This document shows, one piece after another, positions 25,070 to 36,881 of a DNA stretch of 57,538 nt. The DNA comes from Nemertoderma westbladi. Taxonomy: Eukaryota; Animalia; Xenacoelomorpha. The notes beneath the pieces are model-generated. The model searched no databases and was not told the DNA's origin. It saw only the letters and a list, made by a program, of their open reading frames with translations. Numbering within the stretch: the stretch's first letter is position 1; every line of letters begins with the position of its first letter. The stretch covers positions 1 through 57,538 of the forward strand of contig JAUCBJ010005502.1 in NCBI GenBank assembly GCA_032718475.1, written 5' to 3'. The position numbers were made by a program, and so were the translations under genes.

Positions 25070-26220
25070 ATTATAAATATTATTTATTTTTAATGTCTGG
25101 TGATGTTGAGACAAACCCAGGACTCTTGGTTCTGTACCATAGCAATGAAAGAAGCCTACTACCAAAGTTTAATAACTATATTTATTACCCTGATATTTTG
25201 TTATTTTTCCGGTTATTTTAACCCGAGGAACAGGAACTAGTTTTCCTGTTCCGAGGGTTAAATAATTTGTATTGAAATTTGGGTTCACAAACTAAAGGTA
25301 AAGTACTAGTCGGTTGTTGTTATGTACCACAAACACTGTCGTCTATATTTGGGGAAGATCTGTCATCTAAATTACTACTAGGATCGGCATGCTGCATTGC
25401 AGCTGCATTTTTAAGAATGCTGTGCCGGCTTGTCAACAAAATTGCACCGCCACAACTCCCTGTCACCCATGACATTTGCCAGATCATCCGCATCTTTAAG
25501 GCCAGTGTCCTTTAAGATGCGTCTCAAGAAAGTCATGGGCTGTCCACCATGCTTATTCACTCCATGAGGCTGCCAAAGTACAAGGCCATTATGCACTGGC
25601 TGGTCCTCACGGCGAAAGCAATGCCCTGCAAAGCGGAGGCGATTTTGTTCTAGTGTCAAGCTTGGGGGAACCAATGAGACACCTCCAATGTTATATAGTG
25701 TCTGGTTGGAGATGTGTGCATTGTACTTGACACAATGAATCTAAATTAAATAACATACTAACAAATAATAATTATGATGGATGCTGTTTATTAGGAGATT
25801 TTAATGCCAACTGTTATTTGAATGTTGCAAACCGTTTGTTGTGTTTGTGTTTCCAAATGTGTTTCCAAATTTATGGCTTCTAGTGGCTCAGGTTTCCGTC
25901 AGTTAATAAGTGATATAACTAGGCAAGATTCTTTATCAACTCTAGATCTAATTTTTTTAGATTTGTATAAATTGATAACTGATTCTGGTTCCTTAGCAAT
26001 CCCTATTTTACCTGATGGATCCAGAATTTCCGATCACTAACCAGTTTTTATTAAGTTTAATGTTGATAGTCCGAGAACACCATTATATACTAGAAATATA
26101 TTTCATTTTAAAAAAGCTAATTGGAATGCCTTTGGAAATTATGTATCCGAAAATACAATAAGTATTATGGATTGCCCGAGTATTGATGATAAAGTTAATT
26201 TACTTACAAATACACTTAAA
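25070..26220 (+). mobile_element. Decayed CR1/L2-like non-LTR element: 2A-like motif and APE endonuclease
   Basis: MSGDVETNPG at 25093-25122; VLVGCCYVP, LGDFNA, FRQLISDITR..STLDLIF, ISDH, FHFKKANW. Confidence 0.75.
25345..25735 (-). mobile_element. 3' fragment of an RTE-like non-LTR element nested in the APE coding region
   Basis: RLRFAGHCFRREDQPV..LVLWQP...LKDTGL....LANVMGDRELWR; splits the surrounding APE motifs. Confidence 0.7.
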
Positions 26221-26539
26221 ATGGAATGTCACTTTCTAGTGTTAAGCCGTTTTCAAGTTTAGGGTCTGTGTTAATGGACTCTGGTCTACTATGCTGTGCA
26301 AGGGGATGCCGAGGCAAACCCCCACCTTAGCAATCTGCAGGCAGCAGGAGGTTTTGGTTGACATGAAGGGCATTTATAAGCGCATGGAAACCATTCTTGC
26401 CTACATGACCTCACCATCAGCCCCTGCCAACTATACAACCAGTGCCCGACTCTCGGTACGAGGAATTGCCACATTATATCTTAAGAGAGTCATTGCGTCT
26501 TAAGACTCACTATATTTCTCTCCAGGATGCCATCCAAAC

Positions 26540-27611
26540 TACATCCTACTGATATTAGTCTACGTAACCAATGTAATCCAAATAGTGGTTCACAATGCTC
26601 TTCTGCTGCCACAATCAATGGCATTGTAAGTAACTCCAGGGATATAATTTTACATTCACATATAAGACACCATTTATCTTGGATGAGCCCTGGCAATATC
26701 CACGTAACTTCGCTGGATATACATGTAGTTTCAAATCTCTTTAATATTACAATTAATGACATAGGGTATGATATGGTAATCTACATTTGTTCACTTTGTG
26801 ACCCTTTTTTCCACAACGGAAACATGTAATTTCACTCCCTTGTGAAGGTTTGAAAGATGATTTATGCATTGGAGATTGAAAACTTACCTTATTTCGCCTG
26901 TACTTATCTTTTGAAAATCCTGAACTTTATGTTTATATATAACTCAATATGGCTCAACTTCGAATTTTCATCCTGCTTGGGCTACCTTTAATGCTTGTTC
27001 ATAATTTTTCGCGGTAATAAAAGCTTCTGCAAATGTTTCATCTTTCTTGTGAATTAAATCCGCTGCTACAAGCAATTAATTGTTCCCATTGTTGTTGTCA
27101 ATGCATTTTCTAATTGCTGAAATGGTTCTTCAGAAATATCTGTAGGAAATAGTATATCTGACAGTAGATATAGGGTAGCTAGTCCACAGTTCACGATAAA
27201 CATATTCGTCTCTGCCTGAGTAATGTCTTCTGCATTCATAAATGTCCCATCAGAGTTTTTCCATGTAGTAGTCTTCAATATTGTACGAAACATTAAAAGA
27301 TATGTTTCCCATCGATCAGTTTCCACATTGAAAGGTTTACATACATTTGTATATTTAGTTCCAGTTGTGTTTGTAACACCTTGTAACGCCATTACATTAT
27401 CAAATTCAATGTAAATGAAAAAAAAAAATCTAATGTAAGTAATGTGCCGCATTGCATACTCGCAGCAAAAATGTTGTATTTAGGAGCCCGCTCGACAGGC
27501 CGGATACTTACTGTAAAAATCTGCGCGATACTTACTATAAAAATCTCAGGATATATAACACTGACTGATAATTATCAAGGTTCAGGCACTTCCTGCCTGA
27601 TTATGTTAACA
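26540..27611 (-). mobile_element. Decayed Ty3/gypsy (Mag-like) element: putative short 5' LTR (27611-27472), PBS, gag, protease remnant
   Basis: Gag PFNVETDRWETYL..F; zinc knuckle CFRCGKKGHKVNKC near 26825-26785; protease tail MPLIV...PLFGLHWL; TGTT..AACA ends followed by degenerate PBS tgctgcgag. Confidence 0.7.
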
Positions 27612-28559
27612 TTTTAAAAGTAAATTGCTTTGGTGGTTCATAATCGCATTACAAAATATCAGATCGATTCTATGTGTGGTTTTCGATATATTTCGTTTTT
27701 TGAAATTATTTTGTCGCGAAATTAAAAGCAATGGTAAAGTAACAACTCCTCCCTGAGCTGCTGCAGCAGCTAGCTGTGTAGTAATGGTTGAGTGCAGGGC
27801 TGCCTGAGATAGAATTCCATCAAGGCAGAATTTCTTGACTACACCCCTCCTGCTGCGGGCTGCCGGCTGAGTCTACACATCCTTTATCAGCTCTCAGCGA
27901 TAGACAGAAAATAGTTGAGTTGACAATAAACAAAATAAAATATACAACTGCAGTAGGATTATATTATTAATCCAAGAATCATTGGGCTGATTATTTTGTA
28001 TAATATATATGTAGAAAGTTCTTAAAAATAATATTCTTATTGTTTTTATTACATAGGATTAGCATCATTTTTTAGCTGAAGCATTAATTTTGTAAATTAA
28101 TTTAATTGTATTTTAATACCATTACTACATTAGCATACTGTAAGATAAGTTTTAACATTTCTTACAAATAGTGGTGCGAGCATAAAACTCAAATCACGCA
28201 AATTTAAAAGAACCGGGTGTGTTGTCACAGCAAAGTTTCCTATTTTTATTATGTGGGACAAGCCACAAAGCCAGCTAGCCCACGCCTTATAGTTTAGACA
28301 ATTGTTTAGTTTACTTACTGCTGACCGACCAGGTTTATTTGTAATAGTCTTGTAAATAGGATTCTTCCCCCGGGCTCCTTCCAGCCAGCTTGCTGGCTTT
28401 CTAGTGTATGTAATGAAGATAATGTCTATCTAACATAATATTCAATATTATATTCGATGATAAAGAATTGTAATATTTATTCTAAACTATACTTCAATAT
28501 ATATTTGAATCACACAGAAGTTAGTTAGTTTCATTCATTGGTAATGGAGCTGATCTTAA

Positions 28560-29800
28560 TTATTATGGATATTAATCCGGAGCTGACAGGGATTGCGATA
28601 ATGACTCGTTGGAACTGGAATCAGAGATATTGGGTCACTTTTCCCAGACTTTCAGGCAACTAAAACCAGATGAAAATCTCATGAATATCAACATTGATAA
28701 TGGTTATTTATCTGAATCAAAATTTAACTGTAATTTCTCCCACTTACAAAATTCAAACTCCCTATCAATATTTCATTTTAATTATAGAAGCCTAGCGAAA
28801 AATAAAATCTTCCCTCATTGATTTCTTCCTTACTCTTAATTTAAATTTTGACATACTAATGTTTTCTAAAACCTTTATAGCGGATGATGACAATAAACAA
28901 TTACTAAAATTCAGTGGTTATCAAGGACTGTTCCTTGATAACCAATCCATAGGTAGATTACATCAAGGAAGCACGGCCATATTTGTCCGTGACTCCCTCA
29001 ATGTATCTCAATGAGATGACCTTAAAATTTGGGGCCTCAAAAATTCTTCGATCCAAATAATGTATAAAATGGATCAACGCTTCAAAACACAAATTCTAGG
29101 TACTATTTACAGTACTGATGCTATTTCATTTGATACTTTTTCTTCTCGACTAGATACTATACTAACCAATCTAACCAACCGAAACTATGGTGTCATAATC
29201 ACAGGAGACACTAATATTGACCTACTAAAATCTAATAAACAATCTAAACAATACATTGAACTGCTGAACTCATACGGATTCATTCAACTTATAAATAACC
29301 CTACTTGCGTAACTCTCTGGTCAAAATCCATAATAGATCATATTATCACAAATATTACTAGCTACTAACTCTGGGGTCTTTGAGCTTAAAATTGGCTCCT
29401 CCGATCACTACGCTACATTTACTATTCTATGAAACTACTCCTGCTTCTTCAATAAGCCTAAAAATGAATAAATTTACGACTTCTCAAATTTTATCTCTAA
29501 TAATTTTTTAGCTGATCTATCCACAAACACCTGGTTGTACAACTCACCAACTATACCAAATAATGAAAAATTCGACCACTTCTACAACAACCTCGGGATA
29601 ACACCTAACCTTTTCAATTGCAAAAAATAAGCTCTACCATATTTATATAAAAAACCCTACTGACACCATGCATGTGCATCTAAACTTCAAAAACTACCGG
29701 AACAAACTCACAACTATTCTACGCAATACAGAAAAAGCATATTACACTTCCCAATTCGAAGTAAACTCAAAAAACACACGAAAAACGTTGATTATCATCA
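28560..29800 (+). mobile_element. Decayed CR1/L2-group non-LTR element, APE endonuclease and linker
   Basis: SIFHFNYRSL, IITGDTNIDLLK, QLINNPT.V...SIIDHII, SDHY, FKNYRNKLTTILRNTEKAYY. Confidence 0.85.
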
Positions 29801-29804
29801 ACAA

Positions 29805-31600
29805 CGCATCAACAATGTACAGACTCAGACACTTTTACTTCTATAAAGTTATCAGGCAATACCCTGTCATTATTGAGGAGCTTTTCAAAGTGGGCATTCC
29901 AACCATTGAGGTGATCGGCTGGTGATTCTACCTTAACCCTTGGTGGTTGGTTGGCTTTTCCACCCAATAAGCAAGTTGATCAATTTCCATCCCTGAGATG
30001 ATTGCCTGCTGTTGTCCGCATCATTGATGGCATCAACCTGTTGGTTTATTAGCTCCTGCAGATTAACAGAGTACTGCCTGTTCAGGGACCTAGATACAGC
30101 ATTAACTGCATTCTTTGCCGCTGTAGTCTGTTAGAGTCGGGACTCTTTCTGCACCTTATAGAGGTCCAGGGGGCCCTTTTCCTGTTACAATGGTATACAG
30201 GAACTGTTGCTGCAGCTGCTAACTTAACTGCTTCTGTGAAGGCAGTATAGCCCTCTCAGTGATCTGCAGCCTCAGAGGCAAGAACCTCATACCTGTTGCT
30301 CAGCTGTAGTGTGAATGAAGCTGGATCTCACACTTGGCTGTTGCTACAGAGAGGACCAGTCATACCATGGCAAGGTAGATTTCGTTGTTCTGCTAGCACG
30401 CAGACTAAGTCTTACCTTGGCCACAATAAGGCTGGAGAAGGGTCGAAATGTAAAAGCATTACAGTCTTGTATAGAGCTCTGTATTTCCTATCTGGGACTA
30501 TCTGTAGTCTATCTGGGACTTGTGACCACTGGGTCCACTATGAGTCCATAGCTTTCCAGTTCACTTCTTGAACTGGGTTCCAGCTGAAAACAATCCATTT
30601 GAAGAGATAAAATCCTGAAGATGGACGGAATTTCGGTTAACACTATCGCTATAGACCCAGGGCAATGTAGGTGATTGATGCAGACTTGCATTAAAGTCTC
30701 CCAGGAATGTTAAGAATGCATGCTGATCCACTCCATCAGTAGCTGCATGTAGATTGTGGTAGAAATTTTCCACCTCCTCTACAGGGGCAAAACTAGTTGG
30801 AAGGTAGCACACAATCAGAATCACCTTAGGAAACTTCTTAGACAGTCTTCCAGAACATGAGAAGTGGCAACGGATGATCCAGTTAGAGATTTGGTCTATT
30901 TTGTCCAATGCTGCATGTGCAGTTTGATTCATCAATAGACCAATTCCACCATTGCCACTATCATCTGCTGATGCAAGGGCGAGTCACCAACCACCCCCAT
31001 GTCCTTAATCAGAACGTCATCAGTCTGTCCAGTATGCATTCGGTGCTCTTGAATTCCCACTGCTCTAAGAGAAAGCTTATCTGCCAAGGCAGTCAGCTCA
31101 CCTTGTCGCATTGGGGACCTGAGTGTTAGGGTGTTAACTGAGGCTAGTCTAGTGACTTGCCTTAGATTCACCAATGGCTTAGTTGGTCGGGGTGGAACAT
31201 GAGAGTAGCCTCCAACTCCAGAATACCTCTCCCCTCACAATCTGGCCTCCCTGGTGACCCAGGGTTTGGGCCAGAAAGGTCATCAGGAAGAGGAATCACA
31301 TAATTGTTGGCTGCTCTCTCTCCAGTAGGGGGTGAGACAGGCCGGTCAGGAGATAACTGACGCCTGTGAGGCCAATTGTGGCCTGGTTTACACCCTGGTT
31401 TGCCATTCCACAGGGTGGGTGTCGCAGTGGAGTCAGATATGAGGCCCATCACCCATACCTACTCTGACGCACATGAACCACCATTGGTTGTGCAGCTCAT
31501 CTGCTGGGCCATGCCTTATACCCTTGCAGTCGCAGTGAAGTGCACTCAGAGTGGACATGAAAACACTCTACTCCTGACCAGTCATTGGTAGATTACCATC
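29805..31600 (-). mobile_element. Decayed RTE-like non-LTR element, 5' region with APE endonuclease
   Basis: ASVNTLTL, VGIQEHR, LIVCYLPTS, FLGDFNA in ORFs 31174-30932 and 30935-30561; GC-richer block. Confidence 0.8.
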
Positions 31601-31699
31601 TGCCTGGCCAGGCCATATACCCCTGCAGCCAAGTATATGGGTCCTTAATCCAGGAGTCCTTAATCCCTACCCACAGATTTCTCAACAATTCATTGTAAA

Positions 31700-32380
31700 A
31701 TTGACGCTGCCCATTTGCAAGAGTCAGATGTTCTAGCAGCTATTCTGATCTTTTCGGCTCGAACTTACTCGGTATGGGCAGGACTACCGAGAACAGCGCT
31801 ATTCCATTGTTCTTGCATGTTTCACATAAATCTGACATTCGTTTCATTGTACAAATCTGTTGGCAGTACAATTTCCAAATCATGGAGAAAGTTGAACGTG
31901 CAACAGCTGGAGGTTTGCTTCTTCGCAGTTAACCATGTAATGACAGTGAAGTCGTTACACACTCGGCAGTTGTACTAGTTTGAAGTCTTTAATTCCTGGC
32001 ATATGACCAGGTAATGAATGGTATTACTCAGGCATTAGCAATGTTTTCAATAAACCATGCAACATTAATACATAACTGTGCACAGGTTTTAATACCAGGT
32101 TTACCAACTAATCCATGGGTGCGTTTCTGTACACCAAACATATCATAGTGTTTAACTAAATTTTTACATTTTTTCATTCCTATGTAATGTATGAAATTTA
32201 AAGTTTCAACACAAATCCTTAAACCCTCAAATCGAAAACGCATCCACTTTCGCTCACCCACCAGTAGCATGCATCTCTGAACTTGTGTAAAGTAGCTTGG
32301 AATATTCCTGAGAAAAATCTGAATGTTGCCTAGCTGATTCTATGTGTGAAAGTACCGCAATGTCAAGTTCATCACTTGTC
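31700..32380 (-). mobile_element. Decayed DNA-transposon-like coding fragment (possibly Sola-related)
   Basis: RICVETLNFIHYIGMKKCKNLVKHY...RTHGLVGKP resembles N-terminal regions of such transposases; recalled, not searched. Confidence 0.35.
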
Positions 32381-34779
32381 ATCTCAAAATAAACGATTAT
32401 TTATATTCCTAGCCAGTCAGTGGCATCTCTCCCTGCCTGCCTGCCTGACTATTCCTATGACTACCTACCTATTAATTTATGCTCAACCTGTTTAACTAAT
32501 ATTCCTACAGAGTCTGTATTTATTGTATTATTGTGTTTATTGCTTTAGCTAAAAGACAGATTTAATAATGATTGTCAATAATATTAAATACCAGAACTGT
32601 AGGCTTATATCCGAAATAGTTTATACCACAAAATATTGGGCTGGCTATTTGTTAATGGGATTTCTGTGGAATGATCTAAAAATATTATTATTATTTTATT
32701 GAGTCCTTATAATTAGCCAAATTGAATACCAATTTGAGTAACTAAAGCTACTTCAACTAAGCCTACTAGTCCATTTTTTCCTTTTCAAAATAAGAACTTA
32801 GATCCTTGTCCAGATTATTTTTTCAGTTTGGTATAAGACACTGTCTTTTTGACACACCCAAACTTCTCTTCGTCTCTGAGTTTCATTAGACTGTTTTTTT
32901 TCTTTATTTATTGAACAATTGTTACTTCTTTTTTTTCCTCTAGGTGGATTATTATTTTTTTTTACTATATTTGCCCTTGTTTTTTGTCCAATAATTTTTT
33001 TTTACATTTTCTTTTCTCCCATCTTGTTTTCTCCCTTCTTGTTTTTTCCCTTCTTGTTTTCTCTGTTCAACACTGTTCAACCATCTTATTAACCATCCAT
33101 ATTGACCGCAAGGGATCTGGGGGGAGACAAATAACCTGGTTTGGTTAGTTCCTATGAATGGAATGGGTCTTGGAAGACAACCTCTGGGTTGTAATCGATG
33201 AGATCCAACAGGATAGTACCCATCCCAGCAGTGGTCTCACAGATATACTGTACAACCACGTCACCACATCTCCCCAACCAAATGAAATTGCTTAAATCCA
33301 AAGTGAAACGAGAAACACGAGGTAGCATTGTAAGTTCAAGCACTTTGAGAGGCAGCAATGAGTAAAAAGTCTCCAAGATTGGGTTTCCTGAGTCCCGGAT
33401 GAAGTATGGGAAGTTGACTCAATGCATTGCGGTGGATCTGGGTAATCCTTCTGGTAGGTCCGGAATAGGCATGGATTGAAATCTCCATATATATATATAC
33501 ATATATAAATCTCTATTTGAATTCTCCATATATACATGTGTAATGTATATTGGTGGTCTCAATGATGGTTAGTGTACCTTAAAACAAAATGTCAAGGTCA
33601 GGTCAGGTATTCTAGGTCATTGATCAAGAAAACTACTAGCCACACCATGACTCATAAATTATTCCATGCAAATATATAATTGAGAATTAAATTACCGGTA
33701 TATATTACATTTACTAGCTAATAAAACTAGCTAACACAAAATCAAAAGTACTAGCTACCATCTTACTGTCAGAAGGTCAAATATTTGTTCTAGATAAAAA
33801 AACCTCATAATAAAGTACATTTTTACAAGAAAAAACTTGGTAATTTTTTTTTCAATTTTTCAATTATAATTTTTTTCACTAGCTAATAAAAAGTACTAGC
33901 TAATACAAAATCAAAATTACTAGCTACCATCATACTGCCAGAAAGGTAAATATTTGTTCTAAAACATTAAACCTCATGATAAAAACCATTTTCATATGAA
34001 ACAATTTGTTTAAAAAGTAGGTACCCATAACATAGTAGTACCCACTAGCTACCATATAATATATATTAAGGTTCTAGAATATTCACCATTATATAGTACC
34101 AATTAAATTTGGTCCCGGACAATTCGGTCCCATTAATATGCATGTTTTGGGACCGAATTGTCCTAGTCAGTATCCAGACAATTCGGTCCCGGACAATTCG
34201 GTCCCGGAAAATTCGAAGCCTTACCCTTTAGAAACTTCGGCATAAATTCTAACCGCTGATTATCATCCAATTCAGGACACTCCAAATGTACACATACGCG
34301 TTTTTTGAATGCTGGAAACCTTGATGGCTCACCAGAAAATTTTATAGGATTTATGGAAATTTATTTCCATATTGTATTGTATTTTAGCAAGAACAACGTC
34401 TGGCCTTGGCTGCATATTACTGGGATCCTTTTTAACAACATTCGAACCATAGCCATTATAAAGTACATTAGATGATACAGGTTCATATACCATCTGACTT
34501 TGGTAGTTACCAGAGGTTGTATAGTTAGGTTGTACATTTTGATACTTGTATTTCACTTCAGTACTATTGCTTATATTTTTAGCTATTGTTGGTGCAACAC
34601 CAACATCACCATAACAAATTGGTTGATGTTGTTGTGATGTGGGTAAAATATTGGAGCGTTTACTGCAAGTTTGCTTGTACTGGAACTTATAATTGTAGAT
34701 TCAGTTACTTGATGTATAAACAATAATAAAATCTCCTGAAAGGAGAACTTAGACTATATGAACAAGATAACGACAACAA

Positions 34780-36855
34780 TTAAATAGTTGGAATATTATC
34801 GTTTATCTGCGGCAATAATGCCCTATTATACTGATCAGCTAAGTAGAGGACCATCGGGTTGTGGATCATCGATTCACTGCACTTGTCCTCTGAGGACTCG
34901 CCAGGTAATTGTACCACAAGTCTACCGTTTATGGTGGCGCAACCCATGATGTATATCCTACGGAAGTTTGCCAAGAACCCCTCTAATTCATTGTTATTGC
35001 ATACAGCCAGGAGAATGTTCTCGGCATGTATTATTTTCGCTATCCCCTCCAATTTAGTGAGAGTGCTCGGTAAATACTCGGACCAGTTTGTTATTCCGTC
35101 AGATTCGATGAGTTGCATCGCCAGCGAGTGTATAATACTCGCAGTTTGAATTCTTATACGCGATAGTCCTCGGTTGTGCCGTATTTTAACCGGCCACATC
35201 CCTAAATGGTAGCATATTATTGCTATATCTGCTCTAACTCCTTCGCCCGGTTCCTTATAGTAGAAGATAGTACAGTCATGATATATCTCCTTTGCTCGTG
35301 AAGCGACGGCACGATCAACCATTTGGAATACGACGAGTGGTAGTTTTGAAGAGTCACTAACCAAATGGGCGGGACCCTTTATTACAGCTCCATGTAACAT
35401 CCTGGTACTCTCAGTCCCAGTTCCCTCTGTTGTGATGATCGGTAATATGACTACCCCGTCGTTCTGATTTTACATGTACGAAGCTACAGGTCTCAACATG
35501 GCCTCATACATCGAGATATACTCGTCACCCAAACTGGGACTGAAGGTGGATAAGATCTGGTCACTGATGTTTATCGCTTCGTCATTGACTGCGTTGTAAG
35601 ACTTACGTCCCAAGGGAGGAAGAATTCCGTCAGGGGTTGGACTACCCAGGTAGGCGACGAACTCTTCAATGATCGGATCCGCTTTAGCTGATTGAATCGT
35701 AAAATTATGTAGAGACATTCCCTCATCTATAAATATTCTTTTCCTAGACTCCCTGGCGCGACCCACGCCAAATAATGTCTTCTCCGCTCCCGATATCAGA
35801 TCGTTAGATCTCCTAGGTTCCTTCATGTTATTAGCCCAGTGCGGTAGGCACTTCTGCACTGTAATTTCGAACTCTCTGCTTGTGCTTTGATCTGGCACTA
35901 GATGTAATAGAAAATTTTCACATGCCTTAACGTTTGTAGTATTATCTTTTAACGGCGCTTTTCGCATCCGTAGCGGGAACATGGTTTTCCATTTTATGCA
36001 ACAACCCTCATTAAGAGGGGTCTTGTCAGCGTGAGTAAGTACCTGGAAAGATGTTCTCGGGGTATACATGGTCTGCAATGAAATTCTAATACATTCGTTA
36101 CGGAGATCTAACCGCTTGATTTTACACCTCGATACAGCTTGAGTTGGATCAACTTCTCTCTGGTTGAAGAGGGTTAAAACCTCTTTGGGCATCTCGAGAA
36201 CTTGAGGGGCCTCATTAGTCCTGGCTGCAATCCTGATACGCTCACAGTCATAATCCGATAATTGTAATTTAATGTTAACTAGAGCGTCCTTAATATATAA
36301 TATTTGTTGAGAATTTAGCGCACTAACGTCACCACAGAGTATTTCGGGTTGGAAAAAGTCAACTGCTATTATTGTAGTGAGATTCCTCACTCCTTTGACG
36401 ATTAGGGTTTCTACCTTGCGGTCGTACGATCGTAGAGCGTTTCCAATGTAAGACACCGCTATTTCCACTAACTGCGGTTCAATGTCTGGTTTTACAGGGG
36501 CTTTGTTTTTATTGTACTCAGTACCATTCTTGATAATCCCTTTCTTGATCAGGTCCGGCATGTAGTTCTCTAACTTATCGTCCCATTCGGGTGGAGTATA
36601 CAACCAGTGCTTTGAAATGGCAGTTCCTCTGTCCAATCCTTCTAGCACGATGTACTCATCAACCATATGGTCTCTTTCTAAACTACCTTTGATTAAGAAG
36701 CAGTCGTGAACCTGAGAACAAACTATGTAGTGAATGCACCACATCCATTTGGATAATGAATGTTGCTCTTCATTTCCTCTAAACCACCCCGGGCGGGTGG
36801 TGTCGGGTATCAATGATAGGATTTCAGCGGGTATCATGCTGAGCAGTTTAGACAT
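34780..36855 (-). pseudogene. PA: Endogenous viral element: full-length orthomyxovirus-like polymerase acidic subunit (PA) with one premature stop
   Basis: Collinear PA motifs CIHYIVC, VLEGLDRGTA, YMPDL, LVEIAVS, YDRK, ILPII, LHGAVIKGPAHLVSD, ELEGFLANFRRI, ESMIHNPMVL; ORFs 36855-35470 and 35400-34780 are in the same frame, separated by a single TAA and 23 open codons. Confidence 0.93.
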
Positions 36856-36866
36856 TTTATTAAGAA

Positions 36867-36881
36867 CCTCTTGCTATTGCT
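36867..36881 (-). promoter_or_regulatory. Putative viral segment terminus AGCAATAGCAAGAGG (copy 1)
   Basis: Begins 26 nt before the PA ATG; resembles the influenza positive-sense 5' end AGCAAAAGCAGG. Confidence 0.7.

Noticed and set aside
34740-34779. 3' viral terminus or poly(A) of the PA segment
   Set aside because: atcttgttcat is only loosely complementary to the 5' motif and has no preceding A-run; not convincing
36200-36330. PA-X-type +1 frameshift site
   Set aside because: I saw no UCC UUU CG motif at the end of the endonuclease domain
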